Part shown: in pieces, positions 27,867 to 37,467 of the stretch
How positions within the stretch are numbered: position 1 is the stretch's first letter
Layout of the letters: every line of letters starts with the position of its first letter
Origin: Escherichia phage vB_EcoM_3HA11
Sequence record: MN342150
DNA: 64,000 bases
Strand: one strand, 5' to 3'
The notes under the pieces: model-generated
The model's database searches: none
What the model saw: the letters and a program-made list of their open reading frames with translations, nothing else
What the model was told of the DNA's origin: nothing
Position numbers and translations under genes: made by a program

Positions 27867-30200
27867 ATGAGCAATGTAGATCTATTATCAAAATTTGGTT
27901 CGCTGTTGAAAGAAGCGGACACCCCTGTTACTGTTGAAGCTCCATTTGAGATCCGTGGGGATATTACTCACAAACTGACTTTCCATCGTGGTCGCGCTAA
28001 GAACTTTCGTTCTATCGGTAATGAATTCATGGAAATTGATTACCAACGCAATTCGGCAACCTTGGTTACATCCGATGACAATGGCGCTGGTAAATCTACC
28101 ATGCTTGTCTGGCTGCTGTTCTTCGTGCTGTACAACGACACATACAGCAAGAAAGAAAAGAAAGCCGGATTGGTTAACTCTCAAAACAAAAAGGAATGCG
28201 TGGGTGAAGTTGAGTTCTCCACTCGCGGAAGTGAATGGAAAGTCCGTCGTGGTATCAAACCTGATTTCGTAGAAGTCTATCAGATGGTAGACGGTGAGTG
28301 GAAGCAGGTCGTGAATGATGCGGCCAAAGCCGACATGAACAAATATATTGTGAATCTCATCGGCGTGGACCAGAAGATGTTCGAGAACTCTTTGGTTCTG
28401 GGCAAGGAGAAGTTTATTCCTTTCACAGAGATGTATACTGCTGACCGCCGCGCCATGGTTGAAACAATTTGGGACTTGGGTTTCTTCAGCCTGATGAATG
28501 AGGATGTTAAAGCATCTATCAAGGCGGTAACGAACGAACTCACGACGGTCACCAATGATTACGCCTTTCATGATGTGAATCTAAAAGGCCAGCAAGCGCA
28601 GTTGGAACAGATCAATAATTCCAATGCGATGATCCAGCAACAATCTGCGGATATCCTTGTCCAAGAGAAGGACCGTCTGAATAGCCTGAATTCAGATATC
28701 GGCGCAGTGCAGGAACAACTGACAGAGTCCCGTGCTCAAGACTCTAAATTGGAATCAGAATTATCAGAAGTCCGTAATCGCCTGAACGCTGAAATGAAGG
28801 TGGATATCGATTCCATCAATGACGAGTATTTTGCCAAAATTCAAGCGGTTCAGGATGAGGCTGATACCAAGGCTGAAGACTATGAACGTATCGAGGTGTC
28901 TGATGGCGAACGTTCATTACAAGAAATTCGGGAGAGAATGGCGGTAGTCGCGGAACGTAAAAATGATCTGGTCAGCCAACGGAATGCTAACCTGGATGAA
29001 CTGAACAAAGCATTAGCGCGGCGTCAGCAGGGTGAGAACTTCCGTATCAAATTCGTAACAGAAATGGAAGGACATGAATCTGCCATCAAACGTTTCCACG
29101 ATATGGGCACTTGCCCTACGTGTACGCAATTAGTGTCGGACGATACCAAATCACGCATTGAAAGTCAATATTATCCACAAATCAGTGAACTGACTGACAA
29201 GATTCTTCAGGTTGATACAGCCCTAGAAGAAGTGAATTCCCTGATTGAGAATTACAATGTCAGAGATTCAGAATTATCTTCTCAGATTTCGGTTATTGAC
29301 AAAGAACTGGATGCTTTGCGCAATGAAATCCGAGAAGCGGAATCAGCGATCGCTGCATTAAAACGCGACATCCAAGGATTCTATGATGTCGCTGCTGTTG
29401 AGAAAACATCTTTACAGCGGGAACAACAGTCCAAAATTAACGACGTCCTCAAGGCCGTAGACACCCGTTACGAAGATATCACGACGTCAATCCGTCAAGC
29501 GCGTGAGCAGCTCTCTAAGAGCATCAACGACACGGCTGATAAACTCACCAGCCTGAAATCACGCCGTGCCCCTCTGGAGGCATCCATTGCCGATTTAGAG
29601 CGTAAATTGGCGGTTAAGCCGACACCAACTGACGCCCTGGAAGAAGAGATCGCTCGCATCACGGCATTAATGGAAGATCTGAATGCGCGGCGCGTAAAGT
29701 TGGATGAGAAATTGCAAGACCTGAACCATCTTCTGTTCTTCCTAAAAGATGATCAGACCAAGGCTCGAATTATCAGCCTGTATTTGCCTTTCCTCAATAG
29801 TAAAATAAACGAGTATCTTGAAGCACTCAATATGTTCTTGGATATTGCTGTTGATGATACATTTGAAATCACCATGAGCGCTGCAGGTCGTAAAGGGCAA
29901 AGCATCTTCTCGTTATCTACTGGTCAGCGTAGTCGCCTGAACCTGGCTGTGACATTAGCTTTACGAGATGTTGCAAACCTCAAGGCGTCGGTGCAATGTA
30001 ACCTGTTTGTGTTAGATGAAATCCTTGAGAACATGAGCGAGCGCGGCGTACAAGAATCGGTTGAGATGCTGAAGCATAAATTTGGCGGGAACAATCTGTT
30101 CGTTATCAGTCAACGCGAGCAGGAATTCCAAGAGTATTTCCAACACAACATCCGTTATGGTCTGCGTAATGGCATGACTGAAGTGATTAAGAAGGATTGA
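27867..30200 (+). CDS. 46: recombination ATPase gp46 (Rad50/SbcC-like)
   Basis: N-terminal Walker A DDNGAGKST, long coiled-coil middle, zinc-hook CPTC, C-terminal signature/Walker B region (LFVLDE). Confidence 0.85.
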   Translation: MSNVDLLSKFGSLLKEADTPVTVEAPFEIRGDITHKLTFHRGRAKNFRSIGNEFMEIDYQRNSATLVTSDDNGAGKSTMLVWLLFFVLYNDTYSKKEKKAGLVNSQNKKECVGEVEFSTRGSEWKVRRGIKPDFVEVYQMVDGEWKQVVNDAAKADMNKYIVNLIGVDQKMFENSLVLGKEKFIPFTEMYTADRRAMVETIWDLGFFSLMNEDVKASIKAVTNELTTVTNDYAFHDVNLKGQQAQLEQINNSNAMIQQQSADILVQEKDRLNSLNSDIGAVQEQLTESRAQDSKLESELSEVRNRLNAEMKVDIDSINDEYFAKIQAVQDEADTKAEDYERIEVSDGERSLQEIRERMAVVAERKNDLVSQRNANLDELNKALARRQQGENFRIKFVTEMEGHESAIKRFHDMGTCPTCTQLVSDDTKSRIESQYYPQISELTDKILQVDTALEEVNSLIENYNVRDSELSSQISVIDKELDALRNEIREAESAIAALKRDIQGFYDVAAVEKTSLQREQQSKINDVLKAVDTRYEDITTSIRQAREQLSKSINDTADKLTSLKSRRAPLEASIADLERKLAVKPTPTDALEEEIARITALMEDLNARRVKLDEKLQDLNHLLFFLKDDQTKARIISLYLPFLNSKINEYLEALNMFLDIAVDDTFEITMSAAGRKGQSIFSLSTGQRSRLNLAVTLALRDVANLKASVQCNLFVLDEILENMSERGVQESVEMLKHKFGGNNLFVISQREQEFQEYFQHNIRYGLRNGMTEVIKKD

Positions 30201-30511
30201 TCATGGGAAGTCTGATTCGTGTATCAAAGAAATCCAAGGGCGCTGAAAAGCGCCTGTACAAAGCCGTTCGCCTGATGATCCTCTACAAGTACAAAGCGGA
30301 GAATCAATGCTGGCGCAAGAAGACACGCGCCCGATATCAGTTGGCTCAGTACAATATGAGGCGTCATGTCGTCCGGCTAGCATTGAAGATCGCAGGGAAT
30401 TACAGTTATTGGACATGTGAGGCTGTGGGCAGTCGCAAGGCAATTGATCTTGTCGAAGACCGGAATCTGTCCTTCCTGATCAATCTATCTAATTATGAGG
30501 ATATGTCATGA
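30197..30511 (+). CDS. small basic hypothetical protein (104 aa)
   Basis: ATGA overlap with gene 46; Lys/Arg-rich. Confidence 0.45.
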   Translation: MIMGSLIRVSKKSKGAEKRLYKAVRLMILYKYKAENQCWRKKTRARYQLAQYNMRRHVVRLALKIAGNYSYWTCEAVGSRKAIDLVEDRNLSFLINLSNYEDMS

Positions 30512-30672
30512 TACCTGAACCATACAAAACAGCAATTTTGATATTTGCCACCATATTGGATGTCGTATTGTTTAACCGCCATATATGTGAAAAGAATTGG
30601 GGTAATGCCTCAATATATTTGGGGTTGGCGTTATTTTTCTGTTATCTCCTGGCAGAAAAAATTATCGCATGA
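30508..30672 (+). CDS. small hydrophobic protein (54 aa)
   Basis: Not in the ORF track (below 60 aa). ATGA overlaps at both ends; predicted MIPEPYKTAILIFATILDVVLF... has two hydrophobic segments. Confidence 0.35.
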   Translation: MIPEPYKTAILIFATILDVVLFNRHICEKNWGNASIYLGLALFFCYLLAEKIIA

Positions 30673-30998
30673 AAGTCGTCCACTTCAAGAAGGAGCCATA
30701 CGACGTCTACATTGGGCGGCCTGGCAAATGGGGTAATGACTTCGAAGTCAAAGACCATGGGCGCGGCGTTTGTATCGAGTTGTTTGAAGACGACTTGTAT
30801 GTGCGTCTAATTGAAGGGGCAATCACCGAGGATGAACTCCTTGAACTGGACGGGAAGATTCTAGGGTGCTGGTGTAAACCACGCCCCTGCCACGGGGATG
30901 TTTACGTCAAAGTGATCGGTCGTATTAAACTATTCCGTAAGTTGGGTAAATCTTTTACTGAATATTTGAGACAAACATATGTCAGAAGAGAAAGATGA
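30669..30998 (+). CDS. DUF4326-like protein
   Basis: MKVVHFKKEPYDVYIGRPGKWGN ... GCWCKPRPCHGDV matches the conserved pattern of this phage/bacterial family as recalled. Confidence 0.5.
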   Translation: MKVVHFKKEPYDVYIGRPGKWGNDFEVKDHGRGVCIELFEDDLYVRLIEGAITEDELLELDGKILGCWCKPRPCHGDVYVKVIGRIKLFRKLGKSFTEYLRQTYVRRER

Positions 30999-31263
30999 AA
31001 TACAGATTGCTTGTGATATCGCTGTGGAATTATGGAATCAGCGAAATAAACATCATCAGGTAGCATTGACACCAAAACGTTACCTAGAGCAAGGTGGGTT
31101 GATCGTTGTTGACGCCGTCTTGGGTTTCAACAAGTACACAGATATGCAAATCCTCCAAGGGGATTTCATAGTGGCATCAAAATCAGCATGGGACGATCCT
31201 ATGGAGTTTGTCTACGGCTGGTTAGAGTGCATTGAGGAATCATACCATCTGATCTACGAATAA
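30979..31263 (+). CDS. hypothetical protein (94 aa)
   Basis: ORF overlapping the upstream gene end; followed by a terminator. Confidence 0.45.
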   Translation: MSEEKDEIQIACDIAVELWNQRNKHHQVALTPKRYLEQGGLIVVDAVLGFNKYTDMQILQGDFIVASKSAWDDPMEFVYGWLECIEESYHLIYE

Positions 31264-31267
31264 GGTG

Positions 31268-31301
31268 AAGGGCACTAAATATCAAGTGCCCTTTATCTTT
31301 T
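31268..31301 (+). terminator. rho-independent terminator
   Basis: AGGGCACTaaatatcaAGTGCCCTTTATCTTTT. Confidence 0.65.
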
Positions 31302-31359
31302 AACCCTGTCAGGAGGCTCAATCGAGCTGCAAGTCGACAAACACATAAGGAACGCCATC

Positions 31360-31977
31360 ATGACGATGACAACGTTGAAGGCCATGGCCTTGTCCGTGAC
31401 CTTTACCATTGCCAGCGGGAGTGTGCACGCTTCCCAAAGTACCACCCAATGTGATTACGAATTTTCTGATCAGCAACTTTCAACTATGGCCACTGCCTAT
31501 CACATAGGCAAACAGCAAGACCTTGGTTTCACCCTCGCCGCAATATCATGGAGGGAAAGCCGCGCCGGAGAAGATGTTGTATCCATGCGGAATAACCTGA
31601 AATCGGCTAATATGGGGGCATTTCAAAATCGCGTCCAAACCGTCGGGAAACGGGAGGGATGCAAAACACAGAAGTGTTACGCCAATGTCGCGATCAAATT
31701 ACTGGTCAATCAAGAATATGCTGCCAATGCTGCCCTTGATGAAATGAATTTCTGGCTAGAATATCATAACCAAAACATCCGCAAATCGCTCTCCTCTTAC
31801 AATGCCGGTTTCAGTCGTAACCAAAAATCCAATTCATACGCTGCTGATGTCGTGAAGAAGGCTAAATATCTTCAACGATGTGTGTCTTTCAAAGGCATGG
31901 CAATAAACCCAAAGGTCGACCCAGGAGTGATCGCCATGAATAAGCGCACGATTGAGAAACTCAAGAGGACCCGATAA
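31360..31977 (+). CDS. secreted protein with signal peptide (205 aa)
   Basis: RBS AAGGAA; N-terminus MTMTTLKAMALSVTFTIASGSVHA. Confidence 0.55.
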   Translation: MTMTTLKAMALSVTFTIASGSVHASQSTTQCDYEFSDQQLSTMATAYHIGKQQDLGFTLAAISWRESRAGEDVVSMRNNLKSANMGAFQNRVQTVGKREGCKTQKCYANVAIKLLVNQEYAANAALDEMNFWLEYHNQNIRKSLSSYNAGFSRNQKSNSYAADVVKKAKYLQRCVSFKGMAINPKVDPGVIAMNKRTIEKLKRTR

Positions 31978-32615
31978 TGAATATCACTCCATCTCAGACC
32001 GGATATGAACACTTAATGGTGTTTATTGCGATTCAGGGGGCAAAAGAAGGCATCATCAGTTCTGAATATTCTGGAACGATGCGCCTGGCTGATTATGTTG
32101 CTCCCGAAGCGTTTATCAAGAAATGTATCGACGCATGGTGCCTTTATGCTATCGGCACGTATCCTACTCCTCCGGCAGGTGAGATACTGTTTACCGTTCC
32201 GACCCCAGCCGCTGGCGACACAGACGCGATCTTTGCTGATATGTTGGCCAAAGGTTATCTGGCATATGATAGTGCTCACAATGTCTATGACTTCTCGGCG
32301 TTGAATCGTATCTTCGGATACACCATAACATCCGAAGCCAATATTCCCGACTATGGAATTCTGGCATGGGGTATTGACGGTCTCGGCGCAACATATGCGT
32401 CTTCTGATGTTGGTCCTGTATTGATTGACACAGGTGTGACAATGGAGCAATACATGTCACAATTCCCTCAGCATAATGTTACCGGAAGCGACATCATTAT
32501 TGTCTATCCTGGTTCTAATGCGTTGTCCCGCCTGGTGGACGGCTGGAAGCCTCAGCTGAAGGACATCGTTGCTGGAATCAGATTTCACATCCCTGTCGTC
32601 AATCCCACACCTTAA
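31977..32615 (+). CDS. hypothetical protein (212 aa)
   Basis: TAATG overlap with the upstream gene; no recognisable domain. Confidence 0.5.
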   Translation: MNITPSQTGYEHLMVFIAIQGAKEGIISSEYSGTMRLADYVAPEAFIKKCIDAWCLYAIGTYPTPPAGEILFTVPTPAAGDTDAIFADMLAKGYLAYDSAHNVYDFSALNRIFGYTITSEANIPDYGILAWGIDGLGATYASSDVGPVLIDTGVTMEQYMSQFPQHNVTGSDIIIVYPGSNALSRLVDGWKPQLKDIVAGIRFHIPVVNPTP

Positions 32616-32627
32616 ATTATTCAATAA

Positions 32628-32648
32628 AAGGGGCGTTTGCCCCTTTAC
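32628..32648 (+). terminator. stem-loop/terminator (part of a PeSL-like cassette)
   Basis: AAAGGGGCgtttGCCCCTTTAC, fused to the -35 of the adjacent early promoter. Confidence 0.5.
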
Positions 32649-32671
32649 TTCTTCAATAACCCACGTATAAT
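32643..32671 (+). promoter_or_regulatory. early sigma70-type promoter (CTTTAC-N17-TATAAT)
   Basis: Consensus -10 TATAAT with T4-early-like -35; about 50 nt upstream of the 32720 ATG. Confidence 0.55.
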
Positions 32672-32698
32672 TCTAAACATAAGCAGTACGACACCAAC

Positions 32699-32719
32699 TT
32701 GAAAAGCAGGAACTACATT
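32699..32719 (+). promoter_or_regulatory. conserved 5' leader motif TTGAAAAGCAGGAACTACATT(ATG)
   Basis: Second copy of the leader motif seen at 16410 and 45958. Confidence 0.5.
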
Positions 32720-32995
32720 ATGAAAATCATCCTCGACGCATATATCCGTTACGGCAGCAAATGTCTCATGGCCAAGGTTTATAACGGCGAAGAATTAGTA
32801 CACGCTCAAACTGCTCCTTCTGAACAATTACGTGAAATTATGGCACGTGATTTCCCTGGCGTTGAAATTGTTGAACCCGCCAACCAAGCCGAAGTTGACA
32901 AAGAATGGGAACGCGAATGGAGTCCAGCGGCGCTTACCCAGGCTGAAAAGAATTGGTCTAACCGCGAAAACGCCAACCGTCCTTTCCGTCGTTAA
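32720..32995 (+). CDS. hypothetical protein (91 aa)
   Basis: ORF with SD AGGAA inside the conserved leader. Confidence 0.5.
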   Translation: MKIILDAYIRYGSKCLMAKVYNGEELVHAQTAPSEQLREIMARDFPGVEIVEPANQAEVDKEWEREWSPAALTQAEKNWSNRENANRPFRR

Positions 32996-33073
32996 GACCC
33001 TGGGGCATATAACGCCCCTTTCTTTTCGCTAATTAAGGGAAACCGCACCGATTTTATAATCAGGAGAATTACA

Positions 33074-35461
33074 ATGGCCATCCCATCTTTCTTGAACTTT
33101 CTTGAAGAGTCTAAACAATTAGACGAAGCGTTTAACTCATCCCCGTATGAATTGACTTTCGGCAAGAAGAACGCTGGCGACATTTTCTTCACATTTGTTG
33201 ATGAAGACGAAAAAGAATTCCGTATTCAATTCTATACCCCACAAGGTCTAGGCAAGAATGTTCGCCAAGTCTTTATCGGTCAGAAGCGTGGTTCAACCTA
33301 TCCAGACGCAATCGGTCGTTTCAAAAACCCAATGCGTGTCATCGCATCCATGATCGAAGCGACTAAACAATTCATGGCGACACCGCTGGGTAAAACCATT
33401 GATGGGTTTGCGATTAACTTCTCCAAGAAAGCTCTAGAACGCGGAACGACGTTACTCCCAAAAATTATTCGTCAATCTGGTCTGAAGCAGAAACTCAACG
33501 TCATGGATCTGACTTATACCCCAATCCCTGACCGCGCCTTCGTATGGGTTGTGCGTAAAGGCAAGGATCCTGCTCAGGTATTTGATGGTCCGAAAATGAA
33601 AGGTGTCACATGGGATGATCCGGACAAAGTCGGTGACGTTCCTGACCAGGCTGCTCGTGACGCCGCACTACAAGGTGACATGGATGATTTGAGCCAAGCC
33701 GTAAATGCCGATTCTCGCTGGATTCTGACCAAAGCTGATCATACTCAGCCTATGCTTGTCTGGTCTGGTAAAGAACGTGGGCGGACTATTACCGCCAATA
33801 TCGCACCTCACGCGAATGAACCTGGTGTGTATGCTGGTAGTATCATGAACGAGAAACGGATCCGCGCTCAATCCCCAGACGCTATTGTACGCCAACTGGG
33901 ATTACCGCAGATCCCTCTGAATATTCTGAATGATTTCACCAAGCAGTCGTCCATCTTCTGGAAAGAGATGACGGGGGATTCTGGAAAAATAGACATGCAG
34001 ACTCTTCCAAAAACCGGTTCTATGGATGATCTGCGCAACCAGGGTTATATCGCCCGCATCTTGGGCATCGTTGATACATATGCTCCTCAGCAAGTCGGCA
34101 TGTATGCTGGTGAAAAATTGGCTCGGGTTGGTGCTGGCAAATATCGAACTTCTGGCGGGTTGGATATTCAAGTCTATTTTTGGGGGATTGTCAACAGCAA
34201 ACTCTCTGTAGAAGTGGTTTCTGATTTATCTGGCAATGAACAGCTGATGCTGGAAGGCGACGTGAAAAACGCGGCTTTTGAAATCGTCAGTGCGATATCC
34301 CGTGCTGCTGATTCTCAGTTCAACGGTGAAGTGGAATGTCGTGTTGTTCCGATCAACGGTGCCCCATACCCGATTCAAAAGATTTCCCGTTCCCAGGGTT
34401 ATTCTTATGTCGATTGTATTTCGTTTACTTTGAAGATCGCCGATGCATTGTTAAATCGATTTACTCTGGGTAAGGCAGTCAAACTCGATCTGATAAAAGA
34501 GTTCCCTCGAACGACGTTTATTGTTCGTTATGACTGGCGCGGCAAAGATACTCTGATGGTCCAGTCTTCTGATGGGAAGACTATCTTCGGCGAAATCAAC
34601 ACAAATTCCAGTGATAACGCTGTCATCACTGCGAACCTGAAAGCCCCAAGCAATGCGAAGATATTTGGTGAAACCGTTCATGGGTTCTCTGTGGCTTGGG
34701 ACTTCCAGTTCCCTGCGGGTAGCCAGCTGCAAGCCGCACGGTTCGTTACGAACGTGACTTACGACTTCGATCGTAATAAGGCCAACATCACGACCATGCT
34801 GACAGAAAATGGCCGAAATGTAGTCAATAGCCGCGGATATGACATTCAGTTATCTGTCAAGTCTGTGCAAGATGCTTTGAATGAGACTTCACAACGCCTG
34901 AAAGACGCTGCGGCTCAATTGAGCCATCTCAGTTCATCAAACTATAACCCGAACAATCTGTTCCTGAATGATATCACCGTCAGTAAGTTTGGTGCAATTA
35001 TGTTCCAAGACAAAGATCTGGCACAGTCCAGAAACCGCACGGTAGTCATTGATGCTTTGGCTCGGGCGAAAGATCAGGTCGCTGGTGGTAAGAATGCAGG
35101 TGACCTGGCCACCTATGCCGGATCCATTCGTGACAGCGCTCCTAATGGACGAGATCTGGATTGGCAGGTATACACAGCCAGTAATGGTACAGTTCTGAAT
35201 GTTGCTTGGGATATCACTTTCCGTCGCAACACAACCGAAGGCGCATATCGTGAATTCAAAGATCAGATCAACCGTGCCAACCAATACCTGCAAACGGTAT
35301 ACAACGACGCGAAATCTAAAGGCTATAATCCCACCGAGCCAAATCTCATGACTATTGAACGCGCTCGTCAATCCGACGAATGGGCTATGAGTAATGGTGA
35401 TAGTGCATACAGTGAATATGAACAATCGCTGGGTGGTAATCTCCAGATCCGTCTGAAATAA
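33074..35461 (+). CDS. large virion internal protein candidate (795 aa) with capsid-targeting-like N-terminus
   Basis: RBS CAGGAGAA; N-terminus MAIPSFLNFLEES shares the F-L-x-F-L-E-E pattern with the three downstream internal-protein candidates. Body unassigned. Confidence 0.6.
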   Translation: MAIPSFLNFLEESKQLDEAFNSSPYELTFGKKNAGDIFFTFVDEDEKEFRIQFYTPQGLGKNVRQVFIGQKRGSTYPDAIGRFKNPMRVIASMIEATKQFMATPLGKTIDGFAINFSKKALERGTTLLPKIIRQSGLKQKLNVMDLTYTPIPDRAFVWVVRKGKDPAQVFDGPKMKGVTWDDPDKVGDVPDQAARDAALQGDMDDLSQAVNADSRWILTKADHTQPMLVWSGKERGRTITANIAPHANEPGVYAGSIMNEKRIRAQSPDAIVRQLGLPQIPLNILNDFTKQSSIFWKEMTGDSGKIDMQTLPKTGSMDDLRNQGYIARILGIVDTYAPQQVGMYAGEKLARVGAGKYRTSGGLDIQVYFWGIVNSKLSVEVVSDLSGNEQLMLEGDVKNAAFEIVSAISRAADSQFNGEVECRVVPINGAPYPIQKISRSQGYSYVDCISFTLKIADALLNRFTLGKAVKLDLIKEFPRTTFIVRYDWRGKDTLMVQSSDGKTIFGEINTNSSDNAVITANLKAPSNAKIFGETVHGFSVAWDFQFPAGSQLQAARFVTNVTYDFDRNKANITTMLTENGRNVVNSRGYDIQLSVKSVQDALNETSQRLKDAAAQLSHLSSSNYNPNNLFLNDITVSKFGAIMFQDKDLAQSRNRTVVIDALARAKDQVAGGKNAGDLATYAGSIRDSAPNGRDLDWQVYTASNGTVLNVAWDITFRRNTTEGAYREFKDQINRANQYLQTVYNDAKSKGYNPTEPNLMTIERARQSDEWAMSNGDSAYSEYEQSLGGNLQIRLK

Positions 35462-35511
35462 ACCATAGCCCCTTCGGGGGCTAAATACATCAAAATCCTT
35501 AGGAGATCATG

Positions 35512-36081
35512 ATGAAACCGTTTATCGAATATTTTAAAGAACAAGCCCAGCAGCCGCAAACTCATGGCGGTATACAAGGCAAAAGTGTAACCATCACTAA
35601 ACAAGCCGATGGAACACAATGGTGCTCCGGCGCTACCGTGACCCAGATCACTCCTGACAATCAGGCCGATGTCTATAACCTGGAATTGACTAATGGCAAC
35701 ACCACTAAAGTGAAACTGACGCCGGACCAGGTTCATGCGGTTTCTGTGGGCAAAGATGTTGTTGCCGTTCATGACGGATACGAATTCTTCTTTGGTAAAG
35801 ACGCCAGCAAAGGTCAGGTCACAGAATCCTATGCTCAAGAACTAGCGAATATGGATAAGATGATCGGTAAAGCGCTGGGCGTTGGCAAATCTCGTAAAAG
35901 CGGTCGTACAGAGTTTGAATATTCCGGTATTCCTGGTATTGGAAAACCTGTCGCAATCGACTTCGGCGGCGAAGACGATCCGTATGTGATCGTCACAGTC
36001 GCTGGTAAACAGCATGACATCAGTAAGGGAAAAACCCTAGCTGTGGACATTGCCAAATATATCGGCGTGAAACCTGTCTAA
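35512..36081 (+). CDS. internal head protein candidate (CTS-bearing)
   Basis: RBS TAGGAGA; N-terminus MKPFIEYFKEQA resembles the T4 internal-protein capsid targeting sequence MKTYQEFIAEA. Confidence 0.55.
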   Translation: MKPFIEYFKEQAQQPQTHGGIQGKSVTITKQADGTQWCSGATVTQITPDNQADVYNLELTNGNTTKVKLTPDQVHAVSVGKDVVAVHDGYEFFFGKDASKGQVTESYAQELANMDKMIGKALGVGKSRKSGRTEFEYSGIPGIGKPVAIDFGGEDDPYVIVTVAGKQHDISKGKTLAVDIAKYIGVKPV

Positions 36082-36090
36082 GGAGGTTGT

Positions 36091-36330
36091 ATGAAAGGGT
36101 TCCCGGATTTCCTGAAAGAGGCGAAGGTTGACCATCGCCGCCTTGGACAACAAGGTATGTACGACATCACTGATGTTGGCCGCCCCGAAAAAGGCGAACT
36201 GATCGACTACTATGATCGTAACGGGGACAAACATCAGGGGAAAGTGAAGTCTGTGAACGCACAGAATATCATGACTCTGACAAACACCAGCACTGGTGAA
36301 ACAGTCAAACTGACTCTGATTAAGCCATAA
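36091..36330 (+). CDS. internal head protein candidate (CTS-bearing)
   Basis: RBS AAGGAGG; N-terminus MKGFPDFLKEAK. Confidence 0.55.
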   Translation: MKGFPDFLKEAKVDHRRLGQQGMYDITDVGRPEKGELIDYYDRNGDKHQGKVKSVNAQNIMTLTNTSTGETVKLTLIKP

Positions 36331-36360
36331 AAGAAACCCCGCTTCGGCGGGGTTTTTGTT
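36331..36360. terminator. bidirectional rho-independent terminator
   Basis: AAAGAAACCCCGCttcgGCGGGGTTTTTGTT between convergent genes (ends at 36330 and 36359). Confidence 0.7.
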
Positions 36361-36964
36361 ACTTCACGTACATACAGACCTGGACCTTCTTGCCTTTGTC
36401 GTTCTTGACTTCTACTAATTTAGAAGCGCCATTCAGCTTGACGACAGTCCCCTTTTCCTTCCCACCACTTGGCAATTCATATTCAATCTCTTCACCAGGA
36501 GAAGGCATGCCAGCGCTTGGCCCCATAACAGCAGAGATCTTGTAACGTGCCATACCAGGGCGACCACCTTTGAAGGCATACCAGCCACCTTCTTGCATGT
36601 CTTTCCACTGTTTGTTACCGTCAACAACAATGGATGGATTACCGAAACCGGCCTTGATACCCAGCAAGTCAATTGTCTTTCCCGACTTGTTGTATTTTAC
36701 GGCAGTGTCACCATCAAACTTGTCCAGCATCTGAGTACTGGCGAACTGCCCGTCTTTGATACCAGAAGCAGCGATAACGTCCTTGGCGTTTGTCAGGACA
36801 ATCTTGCGCCCGTCTGGGGTTTCGAAAGTCACCTTATCACCAGAAACATCGGCGTGGAGGAACGTACCCGCAACGTCTTCTGTTGATTTACCGATCTTGT
36901 CAGACTTGATATGTGCAGACATCGGCGGCGCGGCTTCGGTCAAAAAGTCTTGAAAAGTTTTCAT
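36359..36964 (-). CDS. internal head protein candidate (CTS-bearing)
   Basis: RBS TGGAGAA; N-terminus MKTFQDFLTEA is nearly identical to the T4 IPI/IPII/IPIII CTS (MKTYQEFIAEA), with a Glu-Ala processing-site-like junction. Confidence 0.65.
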   Translation of the reverse strand: MKTFQDFLTEAAPPMSAHIKSDKIGKSTEDVAGTFLHADVSGDKVTFETPDGRKIVLTNAKDVIAASGIKDGQFASTQMLDKFDGDTAVKYNKSGKTIDLLGIKAGFGNPSIVVDGNKQWKDMQEGGWYAFKGGRPGMARYKISAVMGPSAGMPSPGEEIEYELPSGGKEKGTVVKLNGASKLVEVKNDKGKKVQVCMYVK

Positions 36965-37051
36965 TTCGTTCTCCAGTTATATTATTCTATATAGTACCTC
37001 ATAGACCCCATTAACACTAAATACTAGACAGTTCAACAATAGGAAACAATC

Positions 37052-37405
37052 ATGGTAAGCGCGAGTATATTCATCAACCGTGGACTGCTTGCTATAGCCC
37101 ACTCTCATGCCCTCCACTTCGTTACAACTTCCTATGCCAAGCACAAGGCACTCGGGGAGTTCTACGGGGAACTGGAGGACTTGCTGGATACCTTTACAGA
37201 GGCATATATCGGCGCGGGTGGTGTATATGTCCCAGGGTTTGAGAATATTAAACTGTACAACCCAGATCCTATATCGTATGTCAACAGCGTTGTTATCGAC
37301 GTAAACGGAATTTATGGTCAATGTGACAGCCATCTTCAAAATACGCTCGATGAAATCAAAACTTTGTGCTATCAGACCATCTACAAACTGAAGCAATTGT
37401 CTTAA
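37052..37405 (+). CDS. hypothetical protein (117 aa)
   Basis: RBS AGGAAA; preferred over the overlapping minus ORF 36977..37396 on strand context and RBS. Confidence 0.45.
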   Translation: MVSASIFINRGLLAIAHSHALHFVTTSYAKHKALGEFYGELEDLLDTFTEAYIGAGGVYVPGFENIKLYNPDPISYVNSVVIDVNGIYGQCDSHLQNTLDEIKTLCYQTIYKLKQLS

Positions 37406-37467
37406 CTCAATAGAACATCCTTCAGGTTATAATTTGCCCATTCGTCATCAATAGGATACAGATAACA

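Noticed and set aside
27888-28571. 227-aa minus-strand ORF inside gene 46
   Set aside because: Antisense to a confidently identified Rad50-like gene; no RBS; typical antisense open frame.
36977-37396. 139-aa minus-strand ORF overlapping 37052..37405
   Set aside because: The + strand ORF has an RBS and fits the surrounding + strand operon; the minus ORF would start inside the neighbouring gene region without an SD. Either could be wrong; confidence is low.
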